Part shown: positions 20,300-28,992 of the stretch, in pieces
Numbering within the stretch: position 1 is the stretch's first letter
How the letters are laid out: the number at the start of each line of letters is the position of its first letter
Assembly (NCBI GenBank): GCA_963741945.1
Contig: CAVUKA010000002.1
Coordinates: 64,001-128,000, forward strand
Source of the DNA: an uncultured Gemmatimonadales bacterium
Lineage (GTDB): Bacteria; Gemmatimonadota; Gemmatimonadetes; Longimicrobiales; RSA9
Length of the DNA: 64,000 bases
Reading direction: 5' to 3'
Made by a program: the position numbers and the translations under genes
The notes under the pieces: model-generated
What the model saw: the letters and a program-made list of their open reading frames with translations, nothing else
Databases searched by the model: none
What the model was told of the DNA's origin: nothing

Positions 20300-22069
20300 G
20301 TGGCGGTGAAGGATACCATCGTGCGGCGCGACGACGCGAGCGTGGGGCTGGACACCCTCGGCGCCCGTCTGGCGCTCGTGCTCGTGTCGTTCGTGGTGGT
20401 GGCCACCACGCTGGTCGGCGGCTTCGAGTACGTGCGTGGCCGGCGGGCTGTGGTCGGCCGCGCGACGGCTGCGCTGGAAGCCCGCGAGCGGCTCGTGGGA
20501 GACCGGCTCCTGCGCGCCCTCGACCAGCGGCGGCGCCTGACGGCCGTCTGGCCGGAGCTCGAGGCGGCCCAGGACCTGGCCGTGGACGACGTGGACAAGC
20601 GGCTCGCGTCCTCCCTCGTCCGCCTCTCCGAGAGCTTCGGTGGACATGCCGTCGCCCTCGCCCTCGGCACGGGCGACACCGTGATCGCGGCGTCCAGCCG
20701 CGCCTGGATCGGCACGTTCGCCGGCGACCGGCCGTGGAGCCGGATCCCGGCACCCGCTCCAGGCCGCGCGACCCTCCGCCTCACCCGCGACAGCACTCTC
20801 GGCCCCGTCGTCGCCGCCGTGGCCCCCGTGCTCGCCCGCACCACCGGCGCTCCCCTGGGACGCATCGTTCTCCTCTCGCCATGGGACGTGCTGGTGGGCG
20901 AGGCCGCGGGGGAGTACGGGACGGACCTGGAGGTGCGGGACGCGGAAGACCGGCTGCTCCGCCCGTCCACCGTCGGCAGCGCCGAGCGGCTCCGGGCCGC
21001 ACCCCTCCCCGTCCCCGTCGGAAATGATACCGTCCGCCTCACGCTCGGCACTCCCCTGGAGGAAGCGCTCCGGCCGCTCCACGCCACCCGCCGCCAGTTC
21101 GCCCTCCTGGCGCTGGTCGTGCTGCTGGTCACGGTGCCCGCCGCTCTCTTCCTGGCCCGCTCCAACACCGCCGCCCTTCGCCGGCTCACGGAGGACGCCC
21201 GGCAGGTCCACATGGGCGACGTTGGCGCCCGCACGCCCGCATCGGCCTCCCCGTTCGGCGCCACCACCGCCGCCGCCGCACTCGTGCCCGCCCCCGACTT
21301 CACACCCCCCACCGGGGCGCCCCGGGAAGTGAGGGTGCTGGCCAGCGCCCTGGCCACGATGGTGGAGCGCCTGGAGTCGTCACGGCTGCAGCTCGCACGG
21401 CAGGAGAGCCTGGCCGCCATGGGCACCATGGCCGCCGTCCTCGCCCACGAGATCCGGACGCCGCTCTCCGTGCTCCGCGGCTCGGCCGATATGCTCGCCC
21501 GACGCGTCGGGGACGACGAGCGCGATCGCGAGCTGGTGTCGTTCCTCGAAGAGGAGATCGGCAGGCTGGAGCGGCTCGTGAACGACCTCCTCATGTTCGC
21601 GCGCCCACGCCCCCCGGACATAGCGCCCACCGACCTCGCCGATGTGGCACGCCGCGGCATGCGCACGCTCGCCGGAAAGGCCGAAGAAGCCGGCGTATCC
21701 CTTTCGGCCGAGCTGCAGCCCGCGCCCGTCCAGGGCGACGAGGAGCAGCTGTACCAGGTCGCCCTCAACCTCATGGGCAACGCCATCGAGGCGTCGCCGC
21801 GCGGCGGCGAAGTGCGCGTCCGCACGGGAACCACGGGCCCCGATGCCTCGCTGGCCGTGGACGACGACGGCCCCGGCATCCCGGCCGCGACGCTCGATGA
21901 GGTCTGGACTCCGTTCTTCACCACACGCCGGGGCGGCACCGGACTCGGACTGCCCCTGGTCCGGCGCATCGCCAGGGCGCATGGTGGGGACGCGATCATC
22001 GAGCTGCCGCGGGAGAAGGGCACGCGCGTCGTGCTCACGTTGCCGCGGCGTGAAGGGGAGGAGGCATGA
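20300..22069 (+). CDS. Membrane sensor histidine kinase (HAMP-HisKA-HATPase)
   Basis: Two TM segments; LAHEIRTPL, NLMGNA, DDGPG, PFFTT and GTGLGL boxes. Confidence 0.92.
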   Translation: MAVKDTIVRRDDASVGLDTLGARLALVLVSFVVVATTLVGGFEYVRGRRAVVGRATAALEARERLVGDRLLRALDQRRRLTAVWPELEAAQDLAVDDVDKRLASSLVRLSESFGGHAVALALGTGDTVIAASSRAWIGTFAGDRPWSRIPAPAPGRATLRLTRDSTLGPVVAAVAPVLARTTGAPLGRIVLLSPWDVLVGEAAGEYGTDLEVRDAEDRLLRPSTVGSAERLRAAPLPVPVGNDTVRLTLGTPLEEALRPLHATRRQFALLALVVLLVTVPAALFLARSNTAALRRLTEDARQVHMGDVGARTPASASPFGATTAAAALVPAPDFTPPTGAPREVRVLASALATMVERLESSRLQLARQESLAAMGTMAAVLAHEIRTPLSVLRGSADMLARRVGDDERDRELVSFLEEEIGRLERLVNDLLMFARPRPPDIAPTDLADVARRGMRTLAGKAEEAGVSLSAELQPAPVQGDEEQLYQVALNLMGNAIEASPRGGEVRVRTGTTGPDASLAVDDDGPGIPAATLDEVWTPFFTTRRGGTGLGLPLVRRIARAHGGDAIIELPREKGTRVVLTLPRREGEEA

Positions 22070-23469
22070 CGGGTACGCCGATCCTGGTGGTGGACGACGA
22101 GCCGCGCATCCGGCGCGTGCTGGAGATGGCGCTGTCGGACCTCGGCTACGCAGTGGTGCTGGCGGAGGACCTGGCGGAGGCCCGGGAGCGGCTGGCGGGC
22201 GAGCGGGTGCAGCTCGTTCTCGCCGACCTCCAGCTCCCGGACGGCACGGGACTGGACCTGCTCACGGAGATCCGGAGCGAGCGCGACGATCTCCCCGTCA
22301 TCCTCATGACCGCGTTCGGCACCGTGGAGACCGCCGTGCAGGCCATGAAGCTGGGCGCGTTCGACTACGTGGTGAAGCCGTTCTCCATCGACGAGATCGA
22401 TGCGCTGGCCCGCCGCGCCCTCGGCTTCCACCGCGCCGAGCGCGAGATCGCGTACCTGAAGGAGATCGCGGCGCCGGACTTCGAAGGGATGGTGGCCGCC
22501 AGCGCGGCCATGCGCGCCGTGGTGGACGCCATCGAGCGCGTGGCCCCCACGCCGAGCACGGTCCTGGTCACGGGCGAGACGGGCGTGGGGAAGGAGCTGG
22601 TGGCGCGCGCCATCCACGCCCGCTCCGGCCGCCGCGATGCCCTGTTCGTCGCCCTCAATTGCGCCGCGATCCCCGGCGAGCTGCTGGAGGCGGAGCTGTT
22701 CGGCGTGACCCGAGGCGCGTTCACGGGCGCCACCGAGGACCGGCCGGGGAAGTTCGAAGTGGCCGACGGCGGCACGCTCTTCCTCGACGAGATCGGGGAC
22801 ATGCCGCCGGCCATGCAGGCCAAGCTGCTCCGGGCGCTCCAGGAGGGCACCGTCGAGCGGCTCGGCTCCCACGTCCTCCGCCGCGTGGACGTGCGCATCG
22901 TCTCCGCGACACACCGGGACCTCCCCGGGATGGTGGACGCGGGCGGCTTCCGCGCCGATCTCTTCTACCGGCTCAACGTCTTCCCCATCCACATCCCGCC
23001 GCTGCGCGAGCGGCCGCAGGACGTGGCGCCGCTGGCCATGCGCGCGGTGGAGCGCTTCGCCGGACGGCAGGGCCGCGCGCTGCGGCTCGATGATGCGGCC
23101 GTCCGGCGCCTCGAAGTCTATCACTGGCCGGGCAACATCCGGGAGCTGAACAACGTGCTGGAGCGGGCGGTGATCCTGGCCACGGGCGACGTCCTGTCCT
23201 CCGACGACCTCCCCTGGCTCCCCGCCCACGATGAGCGAGCAGCCCACCAGGCCGGCGCCCCGGGCGGGGGGTCCGACGCCCGGGACGGCGGCCCCGGCCG
23301 CGCCGCGGTGGAAACGCTGGACTCGGCGGTGGAGCGGGCCGAGCGCCAGGCCATCCGCACCGCACTCGCGGCCACCAGCGACAACAAGACGCGGGCGGCC
23401 GAGCTGCTCGGCATCTCCGTGCGCACTCTCTGGTACAAGCTCGACCGCCTCGGAATGCGGCAGGACTGA
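22066..23469 (+). CDS. Sigma54-dependent NtrC-family response regulator
   Basis: REC domain (VVDDE), GETGVGKE, GAFTGA, LFLDE, WPGNIREL, Fis-type HTH; ATGA overlap with kinase. Confidence 0.95.
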   Translation: MTGTPILVVDDEPRIRRVLEMALSDLGYAVVLAEDLAEARERLAGERVQLVLADLQLPDGTGLDLLTEIRSERDDLPVILMTAFGTVETAVQAMKLGAFDYVVKPFSIDEIDALARRALGFHRAEREIAYLKEIAAPDFEGMVAASAAMRAVVDAIERVAPTPSTVLVTGETGVGKELVARAIHARSGRRDALFVALNCAAIPGELLEAELFGVTRGAFTGATEDRPGKFEVADGGTLFLDEIGDMPPAMQAKLLRALQEGTVERLGSHVLRRVDVRIVSATHRDLPGMVDAGGFRADLFYRLNVFPIHIPPLRERPQDVAPLAMRAVERFAGRQGRALRLDDAAVRRLEVYHWPGNIRELNNVLERAVILATGDVLSSDDLPWLPAHDERAAHQAGAPGGGSDARDGGPGRAAVETLDSAVERAERQAIRTALAATSDNKTRAAELLGISVRTLWYKLDRLGMRQD

Positions 23470-23531
23470 CCTCCGGCGAATCAGTCGCCGTCGCCCCCGG
23501 CGTCCTCGCCACCGGCGTTCGTGACCACGTT

Positions 23532-24101
23532 CTAGCCCGCCCCGTTGATGGTCAGGATGCCGGTGGCGGCATCGTAGCTCGCGGGCAGCGACACGAGCGG
23601 CGCGATGGCCGGTCCGCGGATCACATCGCCGGCCGTGTTGTACTCCGCTCCGTGGTTCGGGCAGTACCACCCGTTCCCCGCCACCACGACCTGTGTCCCC
23701 TGGTGGGTGCACGCCAGGCCATACGCCACGTAATCACTGGCCGCCACGCGCCCCACACCCGCCACGGCCCCGCCGCCCAGGTTCACTTTGGCCACCCCGC
23801 CCACCTTGTCGAGCCCCGGATAATCCGACACGGCAATGTCCCACGGCCCGCCGGTCGGGAGCGTCGGCCCGAGGGGGCTGTTGACGTTGCACGCCACCAG
23901 CAGCCCCCCGATCGCCGCCACCGTGGCCGCCTCGATGAACTGCCGGCGCGACATCCCCGACGCTGCCCACGGCTCTCCACCGCCCCCCTCCGCCACTCCC
24001 CCGCCCGCCGCCGATGCGGGCCCCGCCATTCCCCCAGCCGCCACACCCGTCACCGCTTGCGCTTCCGCCTTCGACCGCAGCCCGCATCCTTCACAGCTCA
24101 T
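23532..24101 (-). CDS. Tat-exported Rieske [2Fe-2S] lipoprotein
   Basis: SRRQFI, lipobox LVAC, CTHQG...CPNHG; ATGA overlap with upstream gene. Confidence 0.85.
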   Translation of the reverse strand: MSCEGCGLRSKAEAQAVTGVAAGGMAGPASAAGGGVAEGGGGEPWAASGMSRRQFIEAATVAAIGGLLVACNVNSPLGPTLPTGGPWDIAVSDYPGLDKVGGVAKVNLGGGAVAGVGRVAASDYVAYGLACTHQGTQVVVAGNGWYCPNHGAEYNTAGDVIRGPAIAPLVSLPASYDAATGILTINGAG

Positions 24102-24775
24102 CCGTTCCCTCCCGGTTCCTGCGCGGCCGCGCCGAGCGCCACCACGGCCGTCTTCCATCCTTCGGGGTCCTTGTCCTGTCGGTACAGCGTCCCCGTATCC
24201 ACCATCACCTGCCCCTGCGCCACGCGGACGGCGTAGCGGTCCATCCCCCGCGTGGCGCGTCCCGAGATGAACGTCCCGTCCGGCTCGTACTTCGAATGGT
24301 GCTTCGGGCACTGGAAGCGGCCGTCGTCCCCTTCCCAGCGCAGCGCCGTGTGCTGGTGGGGGCACGAGAGCGCGAACGCGTACACGCTCCCCTCCCACCG
24401 CACCAGGATCACCTGGTAGCGCCGGTCGATCGTGGCCCCATCCGACGTCGGCAACGGATACGTCAGCCCGCCGCCGGCATCCAGGAGCCCGCGCCCGAAC
24501 CGGAGCGCCGGCTGCGCTGCCAGCGGGACTCGCGCCCCCGCGAGCAGCGCCATGGCGAGCGCACCCTGCCGCAGGAAGTCCCTGCGCGAGGCGCTCCAGG
24601 CACCGCCCCCCTCGCCCGCTGCCGCCGCGCCCGCGCGGTGCCCGGCGTCGCCTGCCTCGGTTCCCCGGTCACCACCAGTCCCGCAGCCGGCGCACGATCC
24701 GCAGGCGGCCGCCGCGCCGGCACCCATCTCTTCGCCGCGGATTCCGACCCGTCCTTCTTCCCCGTTCGCCCCCAT
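24098..24775 (-). CDS. Tat-exported Rieske [2Fe-2S] protein
   Basis: SRRDFL, CPHQH...CPKHHS; GAGG RBS. Confidence 0.85.
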   Translation of the reverse strand: MGANGEEGRVGIRGEEMGAGAAAACGSCAGCGTGGDRGTEAGDAGHRAGAAAAGEGGGAWSASRRDFLRQGALAMALLAGARVPLAAQPALRFGRGLLDAGGGLTYPLPTSDGATIDRRYQVILVRWEGSVYAFALSCPHQHTALRWEGDDGRFQCPKHHSKYEPDGTFISGRATRGMDRYAVRVAQGQVMVDTGTLYRQDKDPEGWKTAVVALGAAAQEPGGNG

Positions 24776-24784
24776 TCGCCCTCC

Positions 24785-25360
24785 TCAGACCGCTGTGAGC
24801 GCCGTGCCCAGCAGCAGCGTCAATCCCCACAGACTCATGCTCCTCACCGCAGCCCAGCGCAGGTTCCGCCACGCGCCGGGCGGGTTGGGGAGAACCGGGT
24901 CGGCCACCTGCAAACTCAGGTAGCCATCCCTTGACCCGGCCTCCCCCGATCCATCCGCTTCGCTCCACCCCCTCAGCCGGCGTTCCGCTTTCATCATGAA
25001 CAGCCCGTTCACCAGCAGCAGCGCGAACGCGCTCATCTTCAGCCAGAAGATCGGCGACGCGAGCAGGAACTCGGCGTCCCCGAGCGCCATGGCAATGCCC
25101 GTCAGCGTCACTACCGCCAGCCCGATCATCACCGGCCGGTGGACCTCACCGAGCTCCCGCAGCAGCAGGCGACGATCCCCGCCCTCCCGCCGCGAGATCC
25201 GCAGCGCCAGCCGGTCCGTCGCCACCGCGAAGCCGCCCGCCGTCAGGAGTCCGGCAAAGTGGACGAACAGAAGCCCCGTCTGCAGCAGCGTCGAGTCGTT
25301 GTACAGGTTCGCCCACGGCTTCGCCGCTTCCACCACCGGTTCGATCAGCGCCACATCCAT
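24785..25360 (-). CDS. 4-TM membrane protein (DUF2214/CopD-like)
   Basis: FVHFAG in TM1, FWLKM motif; TGATG coupling to upstream gene. Confidence 0.65.
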   Translation of the reverse strand: MDVALIEPVVEAAKPWANLYNDSTLLQTGLLFVHFAGLLTAGGFAVATDRLALRISRREGGDRRLLLRELGEVHRPVMIGLAVVTLTGIAMALGDAEFLLASPIFWLKMSAFALLLVNGLFMMKAERRLRGWSEADGSGEAGSRDGYLSLQVADPVLPNPPGAWRNLRWAAVRSMSLWGLTLLLGTALTAV

Positions 25361-26076
25361 CAGTCCCTCCTGAACGGCGGCAGCATCATGAGCCAGCTCG
25401 TCACCGCCACGCCCATCGACACCATCGCCACCTGCTTGTGCGTGTTCCTCACCGAGCCGTTCTCCCCGGCATCCCCCGCCAGGATCCCCGTCGCCACGAA
25501 CCCGGCGTCCGCCGCCAGCATCAGAAGCCCGTGCGCCGTCCTCCACTTCCGCCCATACGGGTCCTTCCGCCCCTCCCACAGGTTCCACACCCCCGTCACC
25601 GTGTTCACGCCGAAGAGCCCCGCCACACCCGCCGCCGCCGGACCATGGACCGCCCGCGCCCACCCCGGCGCGGCACGCCCCTGCTCCACCAGCTTCTGCC
25701 CCGAGAAATACTGCGCCGCGAACAGCGGCAGCATCGCCCAGCTCGCCCACTTGTGGATCTGAAGCCGCGTGTAGTACGCGTCCGAGTAGTCGACCAGCGG
25801 GGGCGGCGGCGCAGGCGAGTCCGACGCCAGCGCCGACAACGGCGCCACCGGCACGAGCATGGCCAGCCGCGTCGCACGCTCGAATCCCCTCGCCCGCGCC
25901 GCACTCGCCCTCGAGCCTCCGTCCACCCTCCCGCCCGGCTCGGCCGCTGCCACACCCACCGCCACGGCTGCGCCCACTCCCGACGTGTCCGGCAGCGGCG
26001 TCAGCGAATACGGCTGCGGCGAGGCCTGCGCCATCGCCGCAGCGAAGAGCACCGCCAGGAAGTCCAGTCCGGGCAT
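25360..26076 (-). CDS. Membrane protein with four TM histidines (cytochrome b561-like?)
   Basis: Signal peptide, then four hydrophobic segments each starting with His: IHKW, VHGP, AHGL, THKQ. Confidence 0.6.
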   Translation of the reverse strand: MPGLDFLAVLFAAAMAQASPQPYSLTPLPDTSGVGAAVAVGVAAAEPGGRVDGGSRASAARARGFERATRLAMLVPVAPLSALASDSPAPPPPLVDYSDAYYTRLQIHKWASWAMLPLFAAQYFSGQKLVEQGRAAPGWARAVHGPAAAGVAGLFGVNTVTGVWNLWEGRKDPYGRKWRTAHGLLMLAADAGFVATGILAGDAGENGSVRNTHKQVAMVSMGVAVTSWLMMLPPFRRD

Positions 26077-26140
26077 CTCGTCTCCGGGATACGATCTCCT
26101 TGGACCCGGCGCGCCCGGGTCCCTCCGACGCCGCTCGGAG

Positions 26141-26155
26141 GCAAGCACGGCGCCA
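26141..26155 (-). promoter_or_regulatory. Sigma54 -24/-12 promoter
   Basis: TGGCGCCGTGCTTGC versus consensus TGGCACG-N4-TTGC; ends 64 nt before ATG 26076. Confidence 0.7.
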
Positions 26156-26231
26156 CCCGCCCCGTTCGCCGCAAGACGTTGTCCCACCTGCATTTCCGCC
26201 CGCCATGACACGCGGCCGCAGCACGATTCTG

Positions 26232-26266
26232 CGCGCAATCGGCTGCACACCGCGCAAGGAATTGCA
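26232..26266. promoter_or_regulatory. Tandem enhancer-like (UAS) sites
   Basis: CGCGCAA-N5-TGCA twice (26232, 26251), about 80-110 bp upstream of the sigma54 box. Confidence 0.45.
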
Positions 26267-26429
26267 GGGGGCCGCGTTCGTTCCCGGACCAGCACGGGCG
26301 GGAGCCGGCGCGGCAGCCGGAATTCCCCTGTGCGACATCAGGAATCTCCCCACAGACATTTCCGGGCCGAAGGGTTATTCTTCAGGGTCAACTCCACAAT
26401 CCCCCCCAGAGAATTTCGAGGAGCCGCGC

Positions 26430-27860
26430 ATGACGTCCGCCGCTGCTCTCGCCCGACCGCTCCCCCTGATCATCCAGGGCGGCATGGGCATTGGTGTCTC
26501 CGACTGGCGGCTGGCCCGGGCCGTGGCCCGGCGGGGCCACCTCGGCGTGGTTTCCGGGACGTGCATTGACACGCTGTTCGTGCGTCGGCTCCAGGACGGC
26601 GATCCGGGTGGGCACCTGCGTCGGGCCATGGAGCGGTTCCCGCTCCCGGACGTGAGCGCGAGCGCGCTGCGGAAGTACTTCAGCCCGGACGGCCGGGCGG
26701 AGGGTGCGGCGTACCGGCTCCTGTCCATGTGGAAGGACGGAGTCAGCCGCACGCGTGAGCAGCTGACGATGCTCGGCAGCTTCGTCGAAGTGTGGCTCGC
26801 GAAGGAAGGGCACGACGGCCCCGTCGGTATCAACCTGCTGACCAAGGTCCAGCTGCCGAACCTGGCCACCCTCTACGGGGCCATGCTGGCCGGAGTCGAC
26901 TACGTGCTCATGGGCGCCGGCATCCCGCGAGAGATCCCGGGCGTTCTCGACGCATTCGCCACCGGTGAGGGCGCGGCCATCCGCTTCGATGTCGAGGGCG
27001 GCGAGCGGGGCGACGAGCCGGAGATCCGCTTCGATCCGTCGAACCACATCGAAGAGCCGCCCGCGCTCCGCCGCCCGGCCTTCCTCCCCATCATCTCCTC
27101 GCACGCCCTCGCCACCATGATGGCCCGCAAGGCCAATGGCCGCGTGGACGGGTTCGTCGTGGAAGCGCATACCGCCGGCGGTCACAACGCGCCGCCCCGG
27201 GGCCGCGGTGAGACCAACGAGCGCGGTGAGCCCGTGTACGGCGAGCGCGACACGGCCGACCTGGAAGCCATGCGGGCGCTCGGCCTCCCCTTCTGGCTCG
27301 CCGGCGGCATGGGATCCCCCGAAGGTCTCGCGGCCGCACTTGAAGAGGGTGCTGCCGGGATCCAGGTGGGCACGCTCTTCGCCCACGCCGAGGAAAGCGG
27401 CCTCGACCGCGACCTCCGCCTCGCCACTCTCAGCCGCCTCCGCAGCGGTGAGCTCGGCGTGCACACCGATGGACGCGCCTCCCCCACCGGGTTCCCGTTC
27501 AAGGTGGTCCAGCTCGAAGCCACCAACGCCGATCCCGCCCGCTACGCCGCGCGCACGCGCACGTGCGACCTCGGCTACCTTCGCACTCCCTACCGCCGCG
27601 ATGACGGCCGAATCGGCTTCCGCTGCCCCGCCGAGCCGGAGGACGCCTACATCGCGAAAGGCGGCTCCCCGGAGGACACCGTCGGGCGGAAGTGCCTGTG
27701 CAACGGCCTCCTGGCCAATATCGGGCACCCGCAGCAGCGCGACGACGGCCCCGAGCGCGCCCTCCTCACCGCCGGCGATGACCTGCTCCGCCTGGCTGCC
27801 TTCCTCGGCGAGCGCGACACCTATACCGCCGACGACGCGCTCGATTACCTGCTCTCGTGA
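26430..27860 (+). CDS. Nitronate monooxygenase-family FMN oxidoreductase
   Basis: IIQGGMG, GINLL, AGGHNAPP, LAGG and GIQVGT motifs; C-terminal Cys motifs; GAGGAG RBS. Confidence 0.85.
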   Translation: MTSAAALARPLPLIIQGGMGIGVSDWRLARAVARRGHLGVVSGTCIDTLFVRRLQDGDPGGHLRRAMERFPLPDVSASALRKYFSPDGRAEGAAYRLLSMWKDGVSRTREQLTMLGSFVEVWLAKEGHDGPVGINLLTKVQLPNLATLYGAMLAGVDYVLMGAGIPREIPGVLDAFATGEGAAIRFDVEGGERGDEPEIRFDPSNHIEEPPALRRPAFLPIISSHALATMMARKANGRVDGFVVEAHTAGGHNAPPRGRGETNERGEPVYGERDTADLEAMRALGLPFWLAGGMGSPEGLAAALEEGAAGIQVGTLFAHAEESGLDRDLRLATLSRLRSGELGVHTDGRASPTGFPFKVVQLEATNADPARYAARTRTCDLGYLRTPYRRDDGRIGFRCPAEPEDAYIAKGGSPEDTVGRKCLCNGLLANIGHPQQRDDGPERALLTAGDDLLRLAAFLGERDTYTADDALDYLLS

Positions 27861-28003
27861 CCCCGGTCCGCGCCTGTGGCGCCGGAAGTCTCTCCACCTG
27901 GAGAGATCCCGGCACGCGCTACCCATGCGGCGGCGCCCGGGAGCCTGGTGCAGCCCCGAGCCGCCGCGCATTGTTGGAGCGGCTCTGATACGGAGGAAGC
28001 GCC

Positions 28004-28987
28004 GTGGTCTCTTCGGGCCCGCGTGAGGAAGCCCGCGGACTGATCTTCGACATCCACCGCTACTCGGTCCATGACGGGCCGGGCATCCGCACGACCGTGT
28101 TCTTCAAGGGGTGCCCGCTGTCGTGCTGGTGGTGTCACAATCCGGAGAGCCAGGGCCACGCTCCTTTCCTCCATTACGACGCCGACCGCTGCCTTCGCTG
28201 TGGCGCCTGCGTCGAGGCCTGTCCTGCCGGCGCGCTGGCCCTCGTCTCCGCCGATGACCTCTCCGCCACGTCGCCGGATGGCGTCACCGCCGTGGCGCTG
28301 GACCCAGGCCGCTGCACGCTGGACCACGGCTGCGCTGCGCCGTGCGTGGAGGCGTGTCCGGCCGAGGCGAGGCAGCGGGTGGGCGGGTGGCTGACGGTGG
28401 CGGAAGTGATGGACGCGGTGGAGCGGGACGGGCTCTTCCACGAGCAGTCGGGCGGCGGTGTGACCTTCTCCGGCGGCGAGCCGCTGCTCCAGTGGCGCTT
28501 CCTGTCGAAAGTCCTGGACGCGTGCGGGGAGCGCGGGATCCATCGCGCCGTGGACACGACGGGGTTCGCGTCGCCGGAGGTGCTGCTGCGGATCGCTGAG
28601 CGGACGGACCTGTTCCTCTACGACATCAAGACGCTGGACCCGGGGCTGCACCGCCGCGCCACGGGCGTGCCGCTGCAGCCGATCCTGGACAACCTGGCCC
28701 GGCTCCTGGACGTCGGCGCGCGCGTGCGCATCCGCATGCCACTGGTCCCGGGCGTCAGCGATGGCGACGCGGCGGCCGACGCCCTGGCCCAGCACCTCGG
28801 GGGACTGGGCGCGGGGCGGCTGGACGGGGTGAATCTGCTCCCTTTCCACCGACCGGCAAAGGGGAAGCACGAGCGTTTCGGGCTGCCCTGGCGTCTACCT
28901 GTTGAGACCGCCGTCCCGGTAGCGCGGGTGCGAGAGCTGGCAGCGCGGCTGGAGCGGCAGGGAGTGCACGTCACCATCGGAGGCTGA
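28004..28987 (+). CDS. Glycyl-radical enzyme activating radical SAM protein
   Basis: HDGPGIRT, CPLSCWWCHNPE, ferredoxin-like insert, SGGEP. Confidence 0.95.
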   Translation: MVSSGPREEARGLIFDIHRYSVHDGPGIRTTVFFKGCPLSCWWCHNPESQGHAPFLHYDADRCLRCGACVEACPAGALALVSADDLSATSPDGVTAVALDPGRCTLDHGCAAPCVEACPAEARQRVGGWLTVAEVMDAVERDGLFHEQSGGGVTFSGGEPLLQWRFLSKVLDACGERGIHRAVDTTGFASPEVLLRIAERTDLFLYDIKTLDPGLHRRATGVPLQPILDNLARLLDVGARVRIRMPLVPGVSDGDAAADALAQHLGGLGAGRLDGVNLLPFHRPAKGKHERFGLPWRLPVETAVPVARVRELAARLERQGVHVTIGG

Positions 28988-28992
28988 CTGCC

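Noticed and set aside
26328-26355. FNR/CRP/Rex-like site upstream of the flavoenzyme gene
   Set aside because: Only a partial match (CTGTG...ATCAG/CACAG) with unconvincing spacing to the TATTCT -10
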